DNA from: Archangium sp. | GTDB lineage: Bacteria > Myxococcota > Myxococcia > Myxococcales > Myxococcaceae | NCBI RefSeq assembly: GCF_035633935.1 | Contig: NZ_DASQDY010000434.1 | Span: 1,007 to 65,006, forward strand | Direction: 5' to 3' | DNA length: 64,000 bases | Shown: positions 57,474-64,000 of the stretch, piece after piece | How positions within the stretch are numbered: position 1 is the stretch's first letter | Layout: every line of letters begins with the position of its first letter | Made by a program: the position numbers and the translations under genes | The notes under the pieces: model-generated | The model's input: only the letters and a program-made list of their open reading frames with translations | What the model was told of the DNA's origin: nothing | The model's database searches: none

Positions 57474-58585
57474 GATTGCGTCTGGCGTTGCTGGCCGTGC
57501 TCGCGCTGCTGCTGACGCCCCTGGTGGCGGGTGCGGCGCCCAGGCAGGTGGTGCTCCTCTTCACCGGAGACAACGGGGGCGAGATCGCCCCTTGTGGTTG
57601 ACGCCACAACCCGTCTGGCGGTCTGGCCAGACGAAAGACGGCCTTCTCGCGGGAGCGCGCGAGTGGAGGGCCGGTGCTGGTGCTGGACGCGGGCAATGCG
57701 CTCTTCAAGTCTCCTACGCCGGGGGGTGATCCGAAGGAGAAGGAGCGTGCCGGGTTGCTGCTCGAGCAGATGGACGCGTTGGGCACCACGGCCATGGCCG
57801 TGGGCGCGCGCGACCTGACGCTCGGGACGGACTGCCTCGCACGGGCCACGAAGGGACGGACGATGAAGCTCCTGTCCGCCAATCTCGTGGACGCGGCGGG
57901 CAAGCCGCTCTTCCCAGCATCCACCGTGGCGACGGGGGGAGGCGTGAAGTTCGGCCTGGTGGGCCTCTCCCCCGAGGGCCCGGTCACCCCGCAGAAGGGC
58001 GTGGTGGGCAGCCCCCCGGTACCGGCGGCCCTCGCCGAGTCCCGCCGCCTGCGCGAAAAGGAGAAGGTGGACGTGGTGGTGGTGCTCGCCGCGGTGCCCT
58101 ATCAGGACGCCGTCAAGCTCTCCCAGGAAGTGGGCAATGCCGTGGACTTCATCCTGCACTCGCACGAGGGCCGGGGTCAGGGCGTGGCGCAGCGCAACGA
58201 CTTCGCCTCGCTCGTCCCCACGGGAGAGCGCGGGAGGCAGGTCGGCCGTCTGGAGCTCTCCGTGGAGGGCAAGGGGCCCTTCGTGGATCTCTCGGAGGAG
58301 GAGCGGGCCCGACAGCAGCTGAAAATCCTCGATACCCACCTCCAGCAGGCGAGGCAGAGCCTGGCGGCCGCCAAGGATGAGAAGGTCCGGAAGACGTGGG
58401 AGGAGACCATCGCCAGCTTCGAGGCCCGCCGGAAGGCGCTGGAACTGCAGGTGGAGCCGGGCAAGCAGGGGCTCGGGCGTACCCACCGCCTCTCGTACAT
58501 CCAACTGGGGAGCAACGTCGCGGATGACTCCGCGGTGAAGCAACTCGTGGAGCGAATCGAACCCCCGGGTTCCGCATCCCATTAG
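57470..58585 (+). CDS. Probable secreted selenoprotein, UshA/5'-nucleotidase-like fold (Sec at codon 44)
   Basis: ATG 57470, signal peptide, [17 protein letters not shown](57599-57601)[11 protein letters not shown] continuing in frame into the ORF at 57674-58585; SECIS-like hairpin downstream. Confidence 0.82.
57612..57633 (+). promoter_or_regulatory. Putative bacterial SECIS element
   Basis: CGTCTGGC-GGTCTG-GCCAGACG: perfect 8-bp stem; 6-nt loop starting with GG, 18 nt after the UGA. Confidence 0.7.
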
Positions 58586-58710
58586 TCCTGGACGGGGCCC
58601 GGTCGCGGGCCTTGTGCCAGGGCCGGTCCGCCGTTATAAGCGCCGGCCTACCTCTAGAACGCCAGACCTCCCACCCTGGAGTGGGGGCAAGGCGCAGGAG
58701 TCGTCGAATC

Positions 58711-59013
58711 ATGAAGGCTGATCTGCATCCGGTCTACCCGCCCGCTCGCATCACCTGCGCGTGCGGCAACGTGGTCGAGACCAAGTCCACGCGTGGCTCG
58801 TTCACGGTGGAAATCTGCTCGAACTGCCACCCCTTCTTCACGGGCAAGTACAAGCTCATCGACACCGCGGGTCGCGTGGAGAAGTTCCGCAGGAAGTACG
58901 GGACGGGCAAGCCCGCCGAGGGTGCCGCGGCCGAGGGGGCCACTCCCGCCGCTGCTCCCGCCGAGGGCGCCGCTCCCGCCGCGAAGAAGACCGCCAAGAA
59001 GGCCAAGGCCTAG
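58711..59013 (+). CDS. rpmE: 50S ribosomal protein L31 (Zn-binding type) with Ala-rich tail
   Basis: [31 protein letters not shown]. Confidence 0.96.
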   Translation: MKADLHPVYPPARITCACGNVVETKSTRGSFTVEICSNCHPFFTGKYKLIDTAGRVEKFRRKYGTGKPAEGAAAEGATPAAAPAEGAAPAAKKTAKKAKA

Positions 59014-59043
59014 TCTCTTCCGCGCGGCTTCGTAGCACCCGCC

Positions 59044-59089
59044 GAGCACGGCGCTGGAGGCCTCGACGAGAGGCACTCCCGCCGTGCTC
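59044..59089 (+). terminator. Long imperfect hairpin after rpmE
   Basis: GAGCACGGCG pairs with CGCCGTGCTC, with inner GGAG/CTCC and GCCTC/GAGGC stems; weak U-tract. Confidence 0.45.
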
Positions 59090-59210
59090 GCGGCGTTTCT
59101 GGCGCTCGCGTTCCGCGTCAAGTTTCCGGGTGCTACAGCCTGGAAATTGGACGTAGCGGCATGTTGCCCACACAGTCCCGCCCGTCACGACGACCCTTGA
59201 CGGAGGCGAG

Positions 59211-60101
59211 ATGTCCGCGGAAGCCGCAGCTCCTGTCCTGAAGCTTGTTCAGCAGCCCTCGCTGCGCGAGAGCCTGTTCGCCAAGAGCGATGCGTACCGG
59301 CTCTACCAGGGCGACAGCCTGGCGCTGCTCGAGCAGTTCGAGCCGGGAACCTTCGACATGGTGTTCGCCGACCCGCCCTACTTCCTGTCCAACGGGGGCT
59401 TCACCTGCAAGAGCGGCAAGCGCGCCGCGGTGAACAAGGGCGGCTGGGACGTGTCGCGCGGGGTGGAGGAGGACCACGCGTTCACCACGGCCTGGCTCAA
59501 GGCCTGCCAGCGGGTGCTCAAGCCCACGGGGACCATCTGGGTGAGCGGCACGCAGCACGTCATCTTCTCGGTCGGCTTCGCGATGCAGAAGCTGGGCTAC
59601 AAGCTGCTGAACACCGTCACCTGGTACAAGCCCAACGCCAGCCCCAACCTGGCGTGCCGGTACTTCACCCACTCCTCCGAGCTGCTCATCTGGGCCTCGC
59701 CGAAGCCGGCCGCGAAGCTGCAGCACACGTTCAACTACGCGAAGATGAAGGCGGAGAACGGCGGCAAGCAGATGCGCGACGTGTGGGCGCTGCCGCGCAC
59801 GGGCGACGAGGAGCTGGCCGCCGACGAGTCCGGCCGCGTGTGGACGATGACGGCGCCGCGCCGTGAGGAGAAGGCGCACGGCAGCCACCCCACGCAGAAG
59901 CCGGTGTCGCTGCTGGAGCGCGTCATCGAGGCGAGCACCCCCGAGGACGCGCTGGTGTTGGACCCGTTCAACGGCAGTGGCACCACGGGCGTGGCGGCGC
60001 TGAAGCTGGGCCGGCGCTACGTGGGCATCGACCTGGACGAGCAGTACCTGAAGCTGTCGCAGAAGCGCCTGGCCGAGGCCGGGCGCACGGCGGGCCGGTA
60101 G
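59211..60101 (+). CDS. Orphan N4/N6 DNA methyltransferase (beta class)
   Basis: FADPPY before HPTQKP and DPFNGSGTTG; host-like codon usage; no cognate nuclease adjacent. Confidence 0.92.
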   Translation: MSAEAAAPVLKLVQQPSLRESLFAKSDAYRLYQGDSLALLEQFEPGTFDMVFADPPYFLSNGGFTCKSGKRAAVNKGGWDVSRGVEEDHAFTTAWLKACQRVLKPTGTIWVSGTQHVIFSVGFAMQKLGYKLLNTVTWYKPNASPNLACRYFTHSSELLIWASPKPAAKLQHTFNYAKMKAENGGKQMRDVWALPRTGDEELAADESGRVWTMTAPRREEKAHGSHPTQKPVSLLERVIEASTPEDALVLDPFNGSGTTGVAALKLGRRYVGIDLDEQYLKLSQKRLAEAGRTAGR

Positions 60102-60171
60102 TCGTCCACCGTCAGGGGCTGGCCGCCTTCAGATCGACGTTCCGTTGACGTGAAAGCAGCACCTACCTAAG

Positions 60172-60895
60172 GTGGCCTCCCCTACAGACTTGAGCGACAC
60201 CATGGTCACTGCAACGGAACTGTGCGAACTGGCTCAGGAGAATCTGATTCGTGCATCGAATGCACTGAACGGCCAAATCACTGAGAAGCTTGCCAAGGCC
60301 ATGCTGGCCGACATTCCCAGCTTTGCGAAGCTGAAACTTGGTGCCGCCGTCAAGGTGTTCGCCGTTGTGCTCTTCGTGGACATGCGCGGTTCGACCAAAC
60401 GGGCCATGCGCATCGGCCCGGAAAAAACATTCCTCACGATGCACGCGCTGCTTCCTGTGCTTGCGAAGCTGATCGAAGCGAACGGCGGGTTCATCGTCGG
60501 GTATCGAGGTGATGGGCTCTTCGGCGTATTCGGAATCAGTAGCCAGGGGAAGAATCCTCCCAAGTTGGATATGCGCAGTCTCCTTCAGCAGGCGGCGACT
60601 TGCGGAATGCAGATGGTTGAGGCTGTTGAGCGAGTCGTCTCTCCCGCGTTGGAGGAATATGGCGTTCCTGGGGCTAAATATCGGCTTTGAAGTGACCGCG
60701 TACGGCGATGCGATCAACCATGCAGCTAAACTTTGTGCGCGTGCATCAAACGAAGTCTATTTGTCAGACGACGCTGATGAGAAGTACCCGACCGGGCATG
60801 GTGGCAAGGTCTGGACGACCCCCGTTCTTGATAAAGACGAGCTTGATACTGCCGGCGTCAAATTCCATTACCCCTCGCATATGCTGGAAGACTGA
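60172..60895 (+). pseudogene. Class III nucleotide cyclase (Pycsar PycC-like), frameshifted and probably internally deleted
   Basis: VLFVDMRGST and GYRGDGLFGVF in one frame (stop 60690); YGDAINHAAKL in the +1 frame; switch at the G4 run 60670-60673. Confidence 0.75.
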
Positions 60896-60900
60896 CTCCT

Positions 60901-61446
60901 GTGTCTCCTCCGAATCCGCCTCCACCCCCCATCGCGCCAGCAAGCACCGAGGAACTGCGCGAGTTCGCTTGGCGAGTCCGTGCATATACCAATGAGTACA
61001 TCCGATTTGCTGATGCAAAAGCGGGTGCGGTATTTACCATTGGCTCGGCTGTCGTCGGAGCGCTCTGGGTGTCAAAGGCCCACCTCGCATTCGTTGATTC
61101 GAGCCCAAGTGCGTGGAGCGGTCGGGCATGGCTGATGCTCCTGTCATTTATTCTCCTCGTTGTTGGCTTGCTTACGTCCGGACTTGCTGTGTTGCCACGC
61201 CTCTGGTCGACACAGGGTAGTCCGGGGTTGATCTTCTGGGAGCGAGTTTCAGGGCACTCATCGGGCGCCAGTTACTGGACTGCGCTCACGGCAAGTACAC
61301 CTGAGGATCTTTCACGTCATGTGGCCGAGCATGTCTACGACCTCGCCAAGGTGGCGCGAGCCAAGTATCGATTGGCAAATGTTGCAACCAATGTGACGCT
61401 GTGCGGAGCCATCCTTGGTGGCGCATTGCTGGTGCTAGGAAAATAG
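60901..61446 (+). CDS. Pycsar transmembrane effector (PycTM/DUF5706-like)
   Basis: YIRFADAKAG, two TMs ending AVLPRL, GLIFW, DLAKVARAKY, C-terminal TM; 5 bp after the cyclase. Confidence 0.82.
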   Translation: MSPPNPPPPPIAPASTEELREFAWRVRAYTNEYIRFADAKAGAVFTIGSAVVGALWVSKAHLAFVDSSPSAWSGRAWLMLLSFILLVVGLLTSGLAVLPRLWSTQGSPGLIFWERVSGHSSGASYWTALTASTPEDLSRHVAEHVYDLAKVARAKYRLANVATNVTLCGAILGGALLVLGK

Positions 61447-62103
61447 ACGGCCAGTTTAAGCGGCGCGCCAGAGCGTGTTGAGCTGTCCTCCCGGACGCGA
61501 CGGGAGCGCGAGCTGGTTCTCCAGCACGTAGCAGGCCAGCTCGCAGTTGCCTTGGCACCTTACCCCGGCTCAAATTTCTAGGTCACCTTGCTGCAGCGAT
61601 GCAGCCGCCGAGTTGCTCCGTCTCAGCAGGGCGGCTGGCTATTACAGCGAATCGCTGGTGGGAGAACGCGTGCAGCGCAGCGACAACAGCCGCTGGATGG
61701 GAGGCCCAACGCTTGCGCCACCCCGGGGCAGCCCGAGGCCCCCGTTCGCAGCGCAGCGGCAGCGCGCGGCTCCCTGTCGTCGGCGCGGCCAACTCCCACT
61801 GGTTGTGCTCCTCGGGGCGCGCGAGCAGCGCAACCGCGCCGTTCCGGGGCCCGAGCACCCCGGAAGTTTGCTGCACGGCGCCAGGCACGTCGGCGCTCCG
61901 CACGCTTCCTGGACAAGGGCTGCTACCGGAGGAAGTGCGGTGCCTGCTTCTCGCATCGGTTCCGCCTGTCGAACTGGTGCTGCAGGACCTTGCTGCAGGC
62001 GGGGAGGGCGGTGGCGCTACACGGGGCATCCCCTTCGCTGCACTGAGCGCGGCCCTTCTTCCACCTGTCTTCCGTGAACGTCATATCCGAGCACTTGCTC
62101 GTG

Positions 62104-62844
62104 TCACTCGCCGGAGGGCTCGGGTTCCGGACGTCCGATGAGGTCCGCCCGGTCCAGCAGTTCGCGTACGCGTGCGGTGAACGCCACGTGCTCGGGGTTG
62201 CTCGCTGTCATGGGCTCGGGGGAGAGGACGAGAAGCCAGCCCAGCGCGCCCACCGGCTCAATGCTCACGGGGGCGGGCAGCGGTGGCAGCGTGCCCAGGC
62301 GGCGCGACAGGTACGTCAACCAGCCCACCCGCATCTCCCACTTCCTCTTCTGGACGAGGCGGACCATCTCGGTCGAACTCGCTATGGCGTAGTCGGGGTC
62401 CCACGCGCTGACCATGCTGGTGAGCACCTCGGCCAGCACCGGCGCACGTAGGAGCCGCTCTCGTATCGCGCCCTGCCTGGTCGGGTTCAGCAGGCACGAA
62501 TTGGGTCCTCCCCACGGCGAGTATTTGCCACAAGAAAGGTGGATGTTGGTGGCCTCCTTCCTGGCATTCCACACCATCTGGCTGAAGCCCATGTCCTCAA
62601 GGACCTCTTTGCCAACACCGCGGTGCCTGCCCTTCAGGAAGAATTCCTCCAAGTCCTTCATCTCCGGGCGGACAGGCCAGCCTGGCAGCTCGCGGGGGAA
62701 GCCACGGCCAGCCCGGTACCATTGGGTGAACGACGGGTCACACCGCGCCAACGTGTGGAAGAAGAGCTCCGCGCGCCGGGCACACTCCAGCGCTGTTTCC
62801 TTTCTCGGACCCCAGTACGCCCCTGCGTAGTAGTCCTCCTGCAT
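62104..62844 (-). CDS. Imm52-like immunity protein
   Basis: ATG 62844 after AAGGAG; YAGAYWGPRKE...ECARRA, MVSAWDPDY, VGWLTYLSRR, VEPVG-like ...LVLSPEP. Confidence 0.78.
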   Translation of the reverse strand: MQEDYYAGAYWGPRKETALECARRAELFFHTLARCDPSFTQWYRAGRGFPRELPGWPVRPEMKDLEEFFLKGRHRGVGKEVLEDMGFSQMVWNARKEATNIHLSCGKYSPWGGPNSCLLNPTRQGAIRERLLRAPVLAEVLTSMVSAWDPDYAIASSTEMVRLVQKRKWEMRVGWLTYLSRRLGTLPPLPAPVSIEPVGALGWLLVLSPEPMTASNPEHVAFTARVRELLDRADLIGRPEPEPSGE

Positions 62845-64000
62845 GCGTGCTCCTTTCCCTCTCGCGCTGGTGGCGTATGGCGGACGGTGATGTTGTCCCA
62901 TCCTTCTTTCTCGAAGATTTTACGGAGGAACTCCGCGACATTGGCATCGGCGACATGCCAGATCACCGGCAGCCCTACCTGCTGGGCCATCTTCGACTGG
63001 TCCGCGGCTTGTCTCAGCATCTCGTTGAACTTTCCGGAATTCACATACCAATACTTGGGAGTGCCATCCGCGTTGAAGAAGGAGCAATAGCCGGGGCCCT
63101 TGGCCTCCAGCAGTTCCCTGACCTTGAAGCCGTCGAACTCCACCTTCCCGATCATGTACACCCACCACGCGGGCCGTCCCGTCACCTGCTCCTGATAGTC
63201 CAGGGAGTCCTTGGAGTCGGTGGTGGGCTTCTTGTACGTCCACCTGCCGGGCCCCTGCGCCGAAGCTGTCTTGGAGGACTTCCCCGCCTTGCCTCTCGCG
63301 CCGCCGGTGCTTCCCTGGCCTCTACCCGCCATGTGGAGGATGGAGAGGGCGCCCAGGTCCATGCCCATCGTGGTGGTCGTCGTGCCTCCCGCCACGACTG
63401 CTCTGCCCAGTACCATCTCGCCCCTGGCCGTGAGCGACAGCACCGGCAGTTCCGCACCCAGTCCGCCCATTCGCCCCACCGTGGCCTTCGCGCCCCCGAG
63501 CATCATGATGACGTGCGTGGACAGGCGCGCCGCCTCGCGTATCTGGTCCTCCCGGGACATGGCGCCGTAGCGCGCGAAGTATTCGGGCGAGGAGGCAATG
63601 AGGTGGGCCACCGTGGTGGGCAGTTGCGCGAGGTCCTCCACGGTGCGGATGGGGTGGAGGATGGACTGAGCCAGCGCAATGGCCATCTCCCCCAGGGCGT
63701 CCTGGGCCCCGTCGAGTGCGGCGTTGAGCGGGTCTCGTCCCAGGCCCAACTCGGCCAGGGGCGGGCCGTCCGCGCGCCGCAGGGCCTCGGTGACCGGGTA
63801 GAAGACGCCACCATGCGAGAAGTAGAAGTCGCCCACCGCGAGGCGGCCCACCTTCCACTCGCCCTCTACGAGCTCGAGAGGGCCCATGCGCTGGATGGGT
63901 GTGCCGGTGAGCGCGGCCACCAGGTACCCATCCGGACGCACCAGCACCAGGAGCCCGAAGCGCTCGGCACGCCATTTCAAATCGGCGTACTCCACGCGCT
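62658..64000 (-). CDS. Polymorphic toxin with C-terminal Tox-REase-5-like nuclease (5' end off the window)
   Basis: DYQEQVTG, VEFDGF, LLEAKGPGY, QAADQ, VIWHVA; frame open to the window edge; directly upstream of the immunity gene. Confidence 0.82.
   Translation of the reverse strand, partial: RVEYADLKWRAERFGLLVLVRPDGYLVAALTGTPIQRMGPLELVEGEWKVGRLAVGDFYFSHGGVFYPVTEALRRADGPPLAELGLGRDPLNAALDGAQDALGEMAIALAQSILHPIRTVEDLAQLPTTVAHLIASSPEYFARYGAMSREDQIREAARLSTHVIMMLGGAKATVGRMGGLGAELPVLSLTARGEMVLGRAVVAGGTTTTTMGMDLGALSILHMAGRGQGSTGGARGKAGKSSKTASAQGPGRWTYKKPTTDSKDSLDYQEQVTGRPAWWVYMIGKVEFDGFKVRELLEAKGPGYCSFFNADGTPKYWYVNSGKFNEMLRQAADQSKMAQQVGLPVIWHVADANVAEFLRKIFEKEGWDNITVRHTPPAREGKEHACRRTTTQGRTGVRERKQRWSVPGARSSSSTRWRGVTRRSPNGTGLAVASPASCQAGLSARR

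Noticed and set aside
61700-61930. GCCCAAC as an integron attC inverse core site
   Set aside because: No matching GTTRRRY core or paired L boxes found downstream, and no cassette array.

Overview
GC-rich DNA that looks myxobacterial (Cystobacter/Archangium/Stigmatella-like, inferred from gene content). The backbone follows the Myxococcus xanthus crdS/Che3 region as I recall it: MXAN_5187-family gene, PBP1A/FG-GAP/SBP/CrdS operon, xth, CrdA, CrdB, CheW/CrdC, two MCPs, CheA-REC, CheB, CheR, CpoB-like protein, rpmE and an orphan DNA methyltransferase. Accessory blocks interrupt it: (i) a DUF2381 plus Ser/Thr kinase pair at the left edge; (ii) a Vsr, C5-MTase, Eco29kI-like and second GIY-YIG restriction island bracketed by a decayed duplicate of the crdS 3' end; (iii) several intact or decayed lipoprotein toxin/immunity-type modules (26.5-27.6, 30.8-32.4, 62.1-64 kb); (iv) an ABC exporter with peptidase-fused permeases; (v) two sensor kinases and a kinase relic between crdA and crdB; (vi) a Pycsar-like cyclase/TM-effector pair whose cyclase is broken. 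The strongest signal missed by the ORF track is a probable secreted selenoprotein (57470-58585) with an in-frame Cys-Gly-UGA and a SECIS-like hairpin. No rRNA, tRNA, CRISPR array, integrase or transposase was seen. Family assignments come from motif recognition by eye; no database search was run.
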